Origin: Gammaproteobacteria bacterium
Lineage (GTDB): Bacteria > Pseudomonadota > Gammaproteobacteria > Pseudomonadales > UBA7434
Assembly: GCA_024280785.1 (NCBI GenBank)
Contig: JAJRPK010000236.1
Location: forward strand, 1-37,804
Reading direction: 5' to 3'
DNA: 37,804 nt
The position numbers and the translations under genes were made by a program. Under the pieces are notes generated by a model that was given only the letters and a program-made list of their open reading frames with translations, was not told the origin of the DNA and made no database searches. Of the stretch, positions 1 to 9,680 are shown piece by piece; position 1 is the stretch's first letter, and every line of letters begins with the position of its first letter.

Positions 1-1
1 G

Positions 2-541
2 ACGGTTGATGGGCAAACGCTACCGCTGCCCGAGCCCTTTTTTGTTATAGCAACACAAAACCCGCAAACGCAATCTGGCACTTACCCGTTACCTGAATCA
101 CAACTTGATCGATTTTTAATGCGCATTGAATTAGGTTACCCGAATTCCGATGCCGAGCGACAAATGTTGCGAGGCGGAGACGGGCGGGCACGAATGCATG
201 AGTTGAAACAGTGTATTGATTTAGAGACTTTAAACGCGCTGCAGCAGCAAGTTGAAAAGGTTAAAGCCTCAGAGGCGGTGCTCGATTACTTACAGCGGCT
301 AGTCGACTATTCGCGTACAGGCGCCGACTTTGTTTATGGTTTGTCACCCCGAGGAACTTTAGCGTTATTGCAGTCGGCAAAAGCTTGGGCTCTGTTGCAC
401 AAGCGTTCACATGTCATTCCCGAAGACATTCAAGCGGTGTTGCCAGCGGTAGCTATTCATCGACTGGCGGCCACTGGCGGGGTTCACAGTTCAGGAAAGT
501 CGTTAGTTGATCAGATGCTGGAATCAGTGAATGTTATTTGA
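2..541 (+). CDS. MoxR-like AAA+ ATPase, C-terminal part (5' end lies outside the window)
   Basis: The frame is open from the window edge. The translation TVDGQTLPLPEPFFVIATQNPQTQSGTYPLPESQLDRFLMRIELGYP is the typical MoxR (AAA_3) sensor/arginine-finger region and is followed by the lid domain. The downstream DUF58 and transglutaminase genes match the known MoxR operon architecture. Confidence 0.85.
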   Translation, partial: TVDGQTLPLPEPFFVIATQNPQTQSGTYPLPESQLDRFLMRIELGYPNSDAERQMLRGGDGRARMHELKQCIDLETLNALQQQVEKVKASEAVLDYLQRLVDYSRTGADFVYGLSPRGTLALLQSAKAWALLHKRSHVIPEDIQAVLPAVAIHRLAATGGVHSSGKSLVDQMLESVNVI

Positions 542-647
542 TGCTTCATTTGATGGCATGGCCAGCTCGGTTGTCGATTGTTTATTAGCTGTGATGCCGT
601 TATTTTTACGGTTGTCTATACGGTTATTTACATCAAAAGCATAAGTA

Positions 648-1745
648 ATGAACATACCCGATGATTTACACCGGGTTAACCCTGGTGATCGAAGAAAAGC
701 AACGGATACACGCTACCGCATTCACTGGCGACAACGCTGGCGACAGTGGATCGATCGGCGACTGCCCGCGAGCAGAGAGATTACTCTAAATCAACGTAAT
801 GTTTTTATCTTTCCTACCCCCGCAGGGTTCGCCTTTATCGGTTTTTTATTCATCGTATTGTTAGTGGCGATTAATTTTGAAAATAGTCCGGTCTATGCGT
901 TAACGTTTTTACTCTTCGGTATATTTGTTGTTTCTATCCTTCATACCTTTAGTAACTTGTCGGGCATTACCCTTACGGCAGCACATTCAGAACCCGCATT
1001 CACAGGGCGAGATGCAACTTTTCATGTTGTGTTGTCCAAGCGAGGTTCTCGCACTTATCAATGCTTGCAATTGTCTTGGCAAGAAAATACCCCTGTATGG
1101 GTGAGTCTCATTGACAAGCATGAAGAGTGGATTGCGCTGCGTTATCGTACAGGCCCACGAGGATACTGTGATCCTGGCCGTCTAAAAGTTGAAACTCGAT
1201 ATCCAATAGGGCTGCTGCGTGCTTGGACCTGGGTTGATCTCGATATGCAAACGGTAGTTTATCCACACCCCGTCGCTGCGGGCCACTTGCCACATACCGC
1301 AATGATTAGTCATGATTCTGGTCATGTCGAACAGCCTGGGAGCGACGATTTTTATGGTCTGCGGGATTATCAGCCCGGCGATACAATAAAATCAGTGGCC
1401 TGGAAAAACTACGCCAAGACGGGCCAGTTAAGTGCTAAGCAATTTATCGATCCGGTAGATCATCGCCTGTGGTTACGTTGGGACGATACTCAGGGCGAAC
1501 AAGAGCAGCGTTTATCTCAACTGTGTTACTGGGCTTTAGAAGCCGAACGCGGGCACAGTGAGTACGGGTTAGATATACCGTCTGCCCGACTTTCGCCATC
1601 AAGAGGTCAGCACCATTTACACGAATTGCTGCGTGCATTGGCGTTATATAATGTAGTTAATACCCGCAATAGTTTTAAAGCGTTAGATAAATCCGGTCCG
1701 AATTCATCTGCTGGCGAGCGCGATGTTGGATTGGCGACACAATGA
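648..1745 (+). CDS. DUF58 domain protein (MoxR-associated, vWA-like), membrane anchored
   Basis: 365-aa ORF with two N-terminal hydrophobic helices and the DUF58 signature DDFYGLRDYQPGD. Its stop overlaps the next start (ATGA at 1742-1745). Confidence 0.85.
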   Translation: MNIPDDLHRVNPGDRRKATDTRYRIHWRQRWRQWIDRRLPASREITLNQRNVFIFPTPAGFAFIGFLFIVLLVAINFENSPVYALTFLLFGIFVVSILHTFSNLSGITLTAAHSEPAFTGRDATFHVVLSKRGSRTYQCLQLSWQENTPVWVSLIDKHEEWIALRYRTGPRGYCDPGRLKVETRYPIGLLRAWTWVDLDMQTVVYPHPVAAGHLPHTAMISHDSGHVEQPGSDDFYGLRDYQPGDTIKSVAWKNYAKTGQLSAKQFIDPVDHRLWLRWDDTQGEQEQRLSQLCYWALEAERGHSEYGLDIPSARLSPSRGQHHLHELLRALALYNVVNTRNSFKALDKSGPNSSAGERDVGLATQ

Positions 1746-3811
1746 GTACTTCGGCACAGATTCCTCGCAGCAGTATTATCTGGATGCTATTGACGCAATT
1801 TGCGGTGATGCTTTCGCATTTACCGCGCTTGAGTTGGTGGATGATTGCCATCTGGTTACTCTGTGCTACTTGGCGAATGGCCATGTTTCGAGGTCAGGCG
1901 AGTTACCCCGGTCTGGGTATTCGTTTGCTGCTAGTGGTATTGGGTTGTGGTGGAATCGCCATTGAATTCGGTAGTCTAGGATCGTTGGATATCGCCGTTG
2001 CATTGCTTATGCTGGCTTTTTCCTTAAAAGTGATTGAAGTCAAAGAGCGACGCGATTTATTCATAGTTTTATTTTTAGCGTATTTTATTGTCGCTGCCGC
2101 CTTCTTGTTTTCTCAATCGCTATTTTTTGCTGTATATCAACTGGCGTGTGTCGTGTTTATCACGGCAGCGCTAGTGGCAATGCAGCAAACTCAGCACGAT
2201 CAGTCGTCGATACGCTCGTTAAAAACCTCGCTAAAGTTAGTGGCGCAGGCAATTCCAATAATGCTGGTGTTTTTTTTAGTCTTTCCTCGGCTCGGGCCAC
2301 TGTGGGCCGTGCCCGATAGTAAAGGTAATTCATCGACCGGTATGAGTGATAATATGTCGCCGGGTGATATTGCTGAATTATCTCGTTCACCCGAGGTGGC
2401 TTTTAGGGTGGTTTTCGAAGGCGCTATTCCAGAGCGAGAACAGCTATATTGGCGAGCTACTACACTGTCGTACTTTGACGGCAGAACGTGGACTGCAAAC
2501 CCCATACTACAGGGAGCCGCGGGTAAGCAACAGCGCCAAAACGAGAAAAGAAAAGGTTGGCACACTCAGGCGCAAGCAGCCGCTACCGAAATTACATTAC
2601 TGGGAAAACCGGTACGTTACGAAATTAACATGGAACCTAACGAGCAGCATTGGGTGTTTGCTTTACCCATCGCCGCCATATCTGAAGATACTAACCGAGT
2701 CACAAGTCGCCGCAAATTAATAGCCACCAATGATCTGTCGATAAAATCCAAAGACCCTTTTTATACGCGTTCTCTGTTGTCGCTAGAATCTTATCTTAGT
2801 TATCGTGCCGAGCCGACGATGACTGACAGAAGGCAACGACAAGAAACGGCGCTACCTGCCAAATCAAATCCTCGAACACGGCAAGTGGCCGAGAATTGGT
2901 ATCGAGAGGCAGGGTCACCCGAGGCGTATATTAATAAGGTGCTATGGTGGTTTAGAGAGCAAGACTACTACTATACCTTGAAGCCGCCTAAGCTGGGTCG
3001 ATACAGCATTGACGAATTCTTGTTTGATACAAAAATGGGGGTTTGTGAACATTATTCTAGTGCCTTCACCTTCATGATGCGTGCTGCGGGTATTCCTGCT
3101 CGGGTAGTGATTGGCTATCAGGGCGGCGAAGAGAACCCGTTTAACCAATCGTTGATTATCCGCCAATACGACGCGCACGCATGGGCAGAAGTATGGCTGG
3201 AAGGAAGCGGTTGGCAGCGATTTGACCCAACCGGAGCTGTTGCACCCGAACGAGTCCTGTACGGTTTAGAAGAGGCGCTGTCCGATCGCAGCGAGTTCAT
3301 GACTGACAGTTTGTTCTCGCCGTTGCGTTATCGAAATATTGCATGGTTGAATGGTGCCCGTTTGCGACTCGACGCACTGAATTACAATTGGCACAAATGG
3401 GTTATTAATTTCGATTCGCAGCGCCAGCTCAACGTATTGCAAGCCCTATTGGGAAATGTCACTCCTATTCGTATGGCATTAGTAATGATGGTAACGCTTT
3501 GCTCGATTTTGGGCCTGGTGGCGATTAGCCTTTTACGGCATCGTGTATCGGCCTCAGTACCCGCCGAGACGCGGCTATATTGGCTGTTTTGTCAGCGGCT
3601 AGAGCGCTTAGGGCTAGAGCGAGCGCCGGGAGAAGCGCCGGGTGATTACGCTTTGCGAGTGATTCAGCAGTATCCTCATTTGGATTCGGCGGTAAGCAAA
3701 ATCACTGGGCACTATCAAGCGATACTGTACGCCGGTGATGCGAGTTTGCAAACGATGAAAGACTACAGGGCCGCTGTTCGGCATTTCCGACCAAAATCTG
3801 TAGCGCGCTAG
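1742..3811 (+). CDS. tgpA: TgpA-like membrane transglutaminase (DUF3488 + transglutaminase core)
   Basis: 689 aa with multiple N-terminal TM helices. The transglutaminase Cys-His-Asp context is present (GVCEHYSSAF, DAHAWAEVW, RFDPT), and there is a C-terminal TM helix. The gene order MoxR-DUF58-TGase matches Pseudomonas. Confidence 0.8.
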   Translation: MSTSAQIPRSSIIWMLLTQFAVMLSHLPRLSWWMIAIWLLCATWRMAMFRGQASYPGLGIRLLLVVLGCGGIAIEFGSLGSLDIAVALLMLAFSLKVIEVKERRDLFIVLFLAYFIVAAAFLFSQSLFFAVYQLACVVFITAALVAMQQTQHDQSSIRSLKTSLKLVAQAIPIMLVFFLVFPRLGPLWAVPDSKGNSSTGMSDNMSPGDIAELSRSPEVAFRVVFEGAIPEREQLYWRATTLSYFDGRTWTANPILQGAAGKQQRQNEKRKGWHTQAQAAATEITLLGKPVRYEINMEPNEQHWVFALPIAAISEDTNRVTSRRKLIATNDLSIKSKDPFYTRSLLSLESYLSYRAEPTMTDRRQRQETALPAKSNPRTRQVAENWYREAGSPEAYINKVLWWFREQDYYYTLKPPKLGRYSIDEFLFDTKMGVCEHYSSAFTFMMRAAGIPARVVIGYQGGEENPFNQSLIIRQYDAHAWAEVWLEGSGWQRFDPTGAVAPERVLYGLEEALSDRSEFMTDSLFSPLRYRNIAWLNGARLRLDALNYNWHKWVINFDSQRQLNVLQALLGNVTPIRMALVMMVTLCSILGLVAISLLRHRVSASVPAETRLYWLFCQRLERLGLERAPGEAPGDYALRVIQQYPHLDSAVSKITGHYQAILYAGDASLQTMKDYRAAVRHFRPKSVAR

Positions 3812-4056
3812 CACGGTTACTGGCTGCGAGACCGCCTGTGACAGCAGCATAAACACTCAAATAATAAAAAATCACTGATAATAAATCGATCGCAGATAAT
3901 ACGCCTGAAGCTAGCTAAACTTTGCCCAGCTGGTTAAACTAGCGAGACAGATTTTGGACTCTTTTAGGCCGCGATATTAGGCCGCCAGTAAGTCTGTTCT
4001 GGAGTGATTCACTCTGTGAAAACTCACGAATTTATCGATTGATAGTTAGTTAACTA

Positions 4057-4533
4057 ATGAAACTGTTTAACCGCATCCATACTCCTTGCATTGGCGTCTG
4101 CTCTACTGGCATTGGCGATTCAGTGTGCAGAGGCTGCAAGCGGTTTGACTACGAAGTTATTCGCTGGAACAGTTATTCAGAACAACAAAAGGCCTCAATT
4201 GATAGCCGTTTAGCCGAGTTATTGGCAAGTGTTGTCGGTTGGCGATTTTTGATTCGCGACGTGGATCTATTAGCGCAGCAACTCAAGCTACAGCAAATTG
4301 AATATGCTGATTATCGCGACCCCTATTGCTGGCTTTACGAATTGTTGCGTGCAGGCGCGGGTCAAATTGATGATTGCTCACTGTATGGTTTTAAAAAAAT
4401 GCCGTTAGTGCAAAGCCAGTCATTGGTAGACATTCGTAGTGATATCGATGCTGAGTTTTATTCTTTATCGGTCGGGCATTACGAGCGCTATATTGTAGCT
4501 AACTCTAAGCGGGCTAACTGCGTTACTGCATGA
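4057..4533 (+). CDS. DUF1289 domain protein (putative Fe-S/Cys-cluster protein)
   Basis: N-terminal PCIGVCSTGIGDSVCRGCKRFDYEVIRW is the DUF1289 cysteine motif. The ORF is 158 aa, longer than the minimal domain. Confidence 0.7.
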   Translation: MKLFNRIHTPCIGVCSTGIGDSVCRGCKRFDYEVIRWNSYSEQQKASIDSRLAELLASVVGWRFLIRDVDLLAQQLKLQQIEYADYRDPYCWLYELLRAGAGQIDDCSLYGFKKMPLVQSQSLVDIRSDIDAEFYSLSVGHYERYIVANSKRANCVTA

Positions 4534-4581
4534 ACTTTATTCGTAGAGTTTGAAAGGGTGGCGTTCTCATAAAAGGGTTCA

Positions 4582-5232
4582 ATGACTAGTCAATCGAAAC
4601 CGGATTCAATCAAAGTCAAACAACTTAGCATTGATTTAAAGGTAATAAAGGATTTTCTTTATTGTGAAACGCCCGATGCTTGGGTTACTGTTGCCTTAGA
4701 AAATCAAGAGACTTTGTTAATAGACCATGCAAACTGTGAAAAAAAGGCAGCGTCGACGGCGCTCAATTTGCTTTATCGCTACATCGATTATCCTGAGCTG
4801 CTCAACAAGCTGTCTCGCTTGGCACGCGAAGAACTACGTCATTTTGAACAGGTTTTAGCGATTATGCGTAAGCGGGATATTGTTTATACGCATGTGAGCC
4901 CTTCGCGATACGCGTCTTCGCTAAGAGAAGGGGTAGCAACATACGAGCCGAACAAATTGGTCGACATTTTAATTGTCGGCGCTTACATTGAAGCGAGGTC
5001 TTGCGAGCGTTTTGCCAAGCTAGCGCCTTTGTTAGACGGCGAGCTAAAAACTTTCTACCTGTCGCTGTTAAAGTCGGAAGCACGGCATTTTAAAGATTAC
5101 CTATTGCTGGCTAAGCGTTATGCCAACGAAGATATCGAGCACCGTATTCAATATTTTGGTGAGAAAGAGGCAGAGCTTATTGTTGCGACGGATACTGAAT
5201 TTCGATTTCACAGCGGGCCTTTGCTCAACTAA
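4582..5232 (+). CDS. miaE: tRNA-(ms2io6A37)-hydroxylase MiaE (ferritin-like diiron enzyme)
   Basis: Diiron-ligand motifs DHANCEKKAAS, EELRHFE, IEARSCERF and SEARHF occur at MiaE-like spacing. Length is 216 aa. Confidence 0.8.
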   Translation: MTSQSKPDSIKVKQLSIDLKVIKDFLYCETPDAWVTVALENQETLLIDHANCEKKAASTALNLLYRYIDYPELLNKLSRLAREELRHFEQVLAIMRKRDIVYTHVSPSRYASSLREGVATYEPNKLVDILIVGAYIEARSCERFAKLAPLLDGELKTFYLSLLKSEARHFKDYLLLAKRYANEDIEHRIQYFGEKEAELIVATDTEFRFHSGPLLN

Positions 5233-5312
5233 AATTAATCATTTTCACGATTACAGATAATAACTTATCGAGGGTAGCGGTTCTTTTTAATGACTTTTTC
5301 CATGGTTAGACC

Positions 5313-6326
5313 ATGATAAATTCTGAATCTAATCAGTCCGTCTACGTGGCATCGCTTGCTAATGTGTTGCAGGCTGCCGAAAGTTTGGGTGCCGATCGTG
5401 ATGAGCTACTGAAAAAAGCGGCTATAGATCGTGCTAGTTTATCGCAGCCCGATAATCGTGTTGCCGTTGATCAATTGTTTCGTTTGTACGAAACGGCTGA
5501 AAGGGCAACGGATAACCCCGATATTGGCTTATACAGTGGTCGCGTTGCTTATATCAGCGGTTTGAATTTACAGCTTTACATGTTGAGTATTTGCGATAGT
5601 TTTCGTGACTACCTCAATTTAATGCCCAGTGTATTAAAGCTACGCGGAGACATCGGCGCGGTAAAAATGGAGCGTGACGGCGTATATATTATTATGGAAT
5701 GGCATCCGTTATTGCCTGCAACGGCAGCTAGCCGTTATCTTAGCGACACTGTATTAGCGGCATCGGCTACGATGGTTAATACGATCTGTATTAAACCAAT
5801 CGACATCGTTAAGGCCTGTTTTAGCTATCCGGAACCCAGAGACCTAACGATGCTAGTCAGTGTCTTTGGTGAGAATATTAGCTTTAACCAACCGATAAGC
5901 TGCCTGTTCTTCCATCGAGCATCACTTAATCACAAGGTCGCGCGGTTGGACTACGAACTTAGCGAGCAGTTCACATACCCCATGCGTAAACTGTTTGATG
6001 GGGGAGATCCGGCGGATAATTTTGTTATCGATCTTCGCCAATCTATTATTCGACTGTTGCCCACAGGCGATATTAGTATCGATACTGCAGCGGCTGAACT
6101 CAATGTTTCTCGACGAACATTACAGCGAAGATTATCTGACCGCGACACGCAGTTTTTACAGGTCTTGCAGCAAGTAAGATTTGAATTGGCCGTTCGCTAT
6201 TTAAGTGATAGTCGGTTGAGCATCACCGAAATTGCTTTTTTGCTGGGCTACACTGATCAAGGATCGTTTTCGGGAGCCTTTAAATCGTGGCAAGGGGTGT
6301 CTCCTCGCGAGTATCGCCAGACCTAG
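5313..6326 (+). CDS. AraC-family transcriptional regulator
   Basis: C-terminal double HTH (ISIDTAAAELNVSRRTLQRRL ... ITEIAFLLGYTDQGSFSGAFKSWQGVSPREYR) with an N-terminal ligand-type domain. It lies directly upstream of the acyl-CoA cluster. Confidence 0.85.
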   Translation: MINSESNQSVYVASLANVLQAAESLGADRDELLKKAAIDRASLSQPDNRVAVDQLFRLYETAERATDNPDIGLYSGRVAYISGLNLQLYMLSICDSFRDYLNLMPSVLKLRGDIGAVKMERDGVYIIMEWHPLLPATAASRYLSDTVLAASATMVNTICIKPIDIVKACFSYPEPRDLTMLVSVFGENISFNQPISCLFFHRASLNHKVARLDYELSEQFTYPMRKLFDGGDPADNFVIDLRQSIIRLLPTGDISIDTAAAELNVSRRTLQRRLSDRDTQFLQVLQQVRFELAVRYLSDSRLSITEIAFLLGYTDQGSFSGAFKSWQGVSPREYRQT

Positions 6327-6543
6327 CCGGCAAAATTATGCAAACACCTTTAGTCATCAATGATGAAAGAATGGTGAAAATGGACAATAAAAGGTCACCT
6401 CAGTAGCAATATCTCGCACATTGGCATCGATTCCTAATACTTTGGCACCAAATACCCAGCCGTCTCATCATGGGCAAATTACACTGTGCAGTCACTTTCT
6501 GTGATCCGTCTTGCGGCGGATAGATGCTGCCCGAGGAAAACTT

Positions 6544-7716
6544 ATGTCTTTAGATTTTGACAGTGCGCGCTTACCCAACCCTTATCTGACACCAGAACAC
6601 GAAGAGTGGCGAACTCATTTGCGACGATTTATCGATACTGAAATCATGCCTTATGCCGCTCAGTGGGATGAAGACGGAGCGATTCCCGATGAGCTGTGGG
6701 CCAAGGCGGGAGCAGCGGGAATTTTGGGCCTAGGCTATCCGGAGCAATACGGTGGTACGTCCGAAGATATCGATATCTGGCATATCAATATTCTTAGCGA
6801 AGAGATGGGGCGTATAGGCGTCGGCGGCGTTCCGTCGACCTTATTAATTCACGGTATTGGTTTGCCTCCCGTCGTTAATTTTGCAACTGATGCGATTAAA
6901 GATGAAGTTGTCGCCAAAGTTCTCAGTGGGGAAAAACGAATTTCCTTAGGCATTACCGAGCCGAGCGGTGGATCAGACGTGGCTAATCTATTGACGACGG
7001 CTGTGCGAGACGGCGATCACTATATTGTCAATGGCTCCAAGACCTTCATCACTGGCGGCATGAATGCCCATTGGTTGACGACCGCCGTGCGTACGGGAGG
7101 CAAGGGCGCTGCGGGTGTCTCAATGTTGTTAATCCCGACCGATGCGGAAGGCTTTACTCGCACGCTGTTAGATAAAAAGCAAGGTTGGTGGTGCTCGGAC
7201 ACCGCGACATTGTATTTTGACAATGTTCGCGTTCCAGTTGGCAACCTTATCGGTGAAGAAAATCAGGGCTTTAAAGTCATCATGACTAACTTTAACGTCG
7301 AACGCATGGCGATGTGCGTGTCGATGGAATCACAAATGCGCGTGTGCTTAGAAGAAGCCGTGATCTGGGCGCAACAGCGCAATACTTTTGGTAAGCGTTT
7401 GGCCGAACACCAGGTGATACGGCACAAAATTGTCCAAATGAAGCAGCAAATCAACGCTGCCCAATCTTACTTGATCATGTGTTCTCAGCAGATCCAGGCG
7501 GGTACGCCTAACGCGGCAGACATCGCCCTATTAAAAGTTCAGTGCAGCGAAGGTATGGAGTTTTGTGCTCGAGAAGCCATGCACATAATGGGCGGCATTA
7601 GTTATATGCGTGAAAGTCGAGTCGAACGTATTTATCGTGAAGTCCGGGTTAACGCAATCGCAGGTGGGTCCGAAGAAATAATGCGTGAGTTAGCGTCGCG
7701 TCAATACGGGGTTTAG
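6544..7716 (+). CDS. Acyl-CoA dehydrogenase
   Basis: ACAD motifs are present (GITEPSGGSDV, GSKTFITGG, C-terminal IAGGSEEIMRE). I prefer the ATG at 6544 (MSLDFDS...) to the TTG at 6511 in the ORF track. Confidence 0.85.
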   Translation: MSLDFDSARLPNPYLTPEHEEWRTHLRRFIDTEIMPYAAQWDEDGAIPDELWAKAGAAGILGLGYPEQYGGTSEDIDIWHINILSEEMGRIGVGGVPSTLLIHGIGLPPVVNFATDAIKDEVVAKVLSGEKRISLGITEPSGGSDVANLLTTAVRDGDHYIVNGSKTFITGGMNAHWLTTAVRTGGKGAAGVSMLLIPTDAEGFTRTLLDKKQGWWCSDTATLYFDNVRVPVGNLIGEENQGFKVIMTNFNVERMAMCVSMESQMRVCLEEAVIWAQQRNTFGKRLAEHQVIRHKIVQMKQQINAAQSYLIMCSQQIQAGTPNAADIALLKVQCSEGMEFCAREAMHIMGGISYMRESRVERIYREVRVNAIAGGSEEIMRELASRQYGV

Positions 7717-7717
7717 C

Positions 7718-8377
7718 GTGAGCAAGATAAAACTCTGGCACTGTCACGACGCAAGGTCGTTGCGACCTCTCTGGGCATTGGAAGAAATGGGTGTTCCCTA
7801 CGAGGTGGAAGTGTTGCCATTTCCTCCCCGGATGTTTCAGCGAGAGTATTTAAGCGTCAATTCCCTGGGTACCGTTCCGTACTTCGTAGACGGTGAAACC
7901 CATATGACGGAGTCCAGTGCCATTTGCCACTACCTCGTAGAGAAATACCCACAGACAGTAGAAAAACACCCGCAGAGTGATTTAGGCCTATCGGTAGGTC
8001 ATCCAGAATACGGCGATTACTTGAATTGGTTATATCACAGTGATGCTACGCTAACGTTTCCACAAACTATCGTCATGCGCTATACCTTGTTAGAACCGCC
8101 AGAGCGCCAGCAACTGCAAGTGGTAGAGGATTACCGAAAATGGTTTATTGCCAGACTAAGGCGGCTGGATGCGCATATAGAGCATAGAGAGTTTCTTTGT
8201 GATGGGCGTTTTACCATAGCCGATATCGCTATCGGCTATGCACTGCATTTAGGTGACGTATTGGGGCTGTCTAGTGAATACAGTCCGCAAGTTCATAGTT
8301 ACTTGCATAGATTAAGAGACCGGCCGGCCTTTAAAAGGGCGCAACCTATCGGTGAGGACCAGAGTCCGTTTAAATAG
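7718..8377 (+). CDS. Glutathione S-transferase family protein
   Basis: N-terminal thioredoxin-like fold (KLWHCHDARSLRPLWALEEMGVPYEV, GTVPYFVDGETHMTESSAICHYL) plus a C-terminal alpha domain (FTIADIAIGYAL). GTG start sits one nt after the upstream stop. Confidence 0.8.
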   Translation: MSKIKLWHCHDARSLRPLWALEEMGVPYEVEVLPFPPRMFQREYLSVNSLGTVPYFVDGETHMTESSAICHYLVEKYPQTVEKHPQSDLGLSVGHPEYGDYLNWLYHSDATLTFPQTIVMRYTLLEPPERQQLQVVEDYRKWFIARLRRLDAHIEHREFLCDGRFTIADIAIGYALHLGDVLGLSSEYSPQVHSYLHRLRDRPAFKRAQPIGEDQSPFK

Positions 8378-8507
8378 CGGCTTTGGTTTGGTTGACAAGC
8401 AGCAGGCGAAAGATATTTTTCTATTTCGGTGGCAGCTAATTAGGATGCTGGACTACAAGAAACTTAAAAACACCACAATAACAACATGATAAACGTTAGG
8501 ATAAAAA

Positions 8508-9677
8508 ATGAAATTTACTGAAGAGCATGACGCCATTCGCAATACGATAGCGCAGTTCGTCGATAAGGAAATTAACCCTTATTGTGATGAATGGGAGAAA
8601 GAAGGGGCTTTTCCTGCCCATGATTTGTTTAAAAAAATGGGCGATCTGGGGTTGTTAGGTATAGCAAAACCTTCTGAGTACGGTGGCTTGGATCTTGATT
8701 ATAGCTACCAAATTATTTTTTCAGAAGAGTTAGGGCGAATCACCAGTGGTGGTGTTTCCATGGGAGTCGGTGTGCAAACCGATATGGCGACACCGGCGCT
8801 AGCTAAATTTGGTAGTGATGAACTACGCGAGCAATTTTTGGCCCCTGCTATTTCAGGCGAAGCTGTATGTTCTATTGCTGTTAGTGAACCTCAGGCAGGT
8901 TCGGATGTGGCTGCGATTAAAACCAGGGCGAAGAAAGACGGCGATGACTATGTTGTTAATGGCAGTAAAATGTGGATCACCAATTCCACTCAGGCCGATA
9001 CTTTATGTGTGCTGGTAAACACCAGCGATGATCGTCCACATAAAAACAAATCGTTGCTGATGATACCGGCCAATACTCCAGGCATATCTTTTTCTGCCAG
9101 ATTGGATAAGTTGGGTATGCGCTCATCCGATACTGCGCAAATATTCTTTGATAATGTTCGCGTGCCGCAGCGTTATCGAATTGGCGAAGAAGGGGCGGGC
9201 TTTCTTTATCAAATGTTGCAGTTTCAGGAAGAACGTTTGTTTGCTGCTGCGGGTAGTTTGAAGGCGATGGAAGCCTGCATCAACACAACGATCGAATACA
9301 CTGGCGAGCGTAAAGCGTTTGGTCAATCCATTTTAGATAACCAAGTAGTGCACTTTCGCTTGGCCGAACTACAAACCGAAGTTGCCGCATTGCGGGCACT
9401 TATCTACGATGCGGTTGAAGGCTATATCGAGGGTGAAGACGTTACCTTAAAAGCGTCAATGACTAAATTAAAAGCCGGTCGTTTATTTCGAGAGGTGAGT
9501 GATTCCTGTATGCAGTATTGGGGTGGAATGGGATATATGTGGGACAACCCCGTTGCTCGAGCTTTTCGCGATGGCCGATTAACCTCGATTGCCGGGGGTG
9601 CCGACGAAGTTATGTTAAGTATTATTTGTAAGCAGATGGGAATCCTTCCCGGTAAGAAATCAACAGCGAAACCTTAA
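8508..9677 (+). CDS. Acyl-CoA dehydrogenase (isovaleryl-/citronellyl-CoA dehydrogenase-like)
   Basis: Motifs VSEPQAGSDVAA, GSKMWITN and IAGGADEVM. It sits directly upstream of the carboxylase beta subunit, as in liu/atu clusters. Confidence 0.85.
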   Translation: MKFTEEHDAIRNTIAQFVDKEINPYCDEWEKEGAFPAHDLFKKMGDLGLLGIAKPSEYGGLDLDYSYQIIFSEELGRITSGGVSMGVGVQTDMATPALAKFGSDELREQFLAPAISGEAVCSIAVSEPQAGSDVAAIKTRAKKDGDDYVVNGSKMWITNSTQADTLCVLVNTSDDRPHKNKSLLMIPANTPGISFSARLDKLGMRSSDTAQIFFDNVRVPQRYRIGEEGAGFLYQMLQFQEERLFAAAGSLKAMEACINTTIEYTGERKAFGQSILDNQVVHFRLAELQTEVAALRALIYDAVEGYIEGEDVTLKASMTKLKAGRLFREVSDSCMQYWGGMGYMWDNPVARAFRDGRLTSIAGGADEVMLSIICKQMGILPGKKSTAKP

Positions 9678-9680
9678 GTT

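Noticed and set aside
2200-2565. Short ORFs of 60-124 aa embedded antisense or out of frame in long recognisable genes. Examples: 1108-1302, 2160-2390, 2200-2565, 2346-2720, 14416-14748, 17020-17334, 19541-19894, 27589-27930, 28724-29077, 34451-34789, 35937-36308.
   Set aside because: All lie fully inside CDSs with strong family motifs on the other strand or frame. They have no ribosome-binding sites or recognisable motifs, and they show the low-complexity Arg/Ser/Pro-rich composition typical of shadow ORFs.
6421-6460. Sigma-54-like TTGGCA / TTGGCAC strings upstream of the first acyl-CoA dehydrogenase gene.
   Set aside because: The -12 TTGC element is missing at the required 4-5 nt spacing after TGGCAC. 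No enhancer-binding protein gene is nearby.
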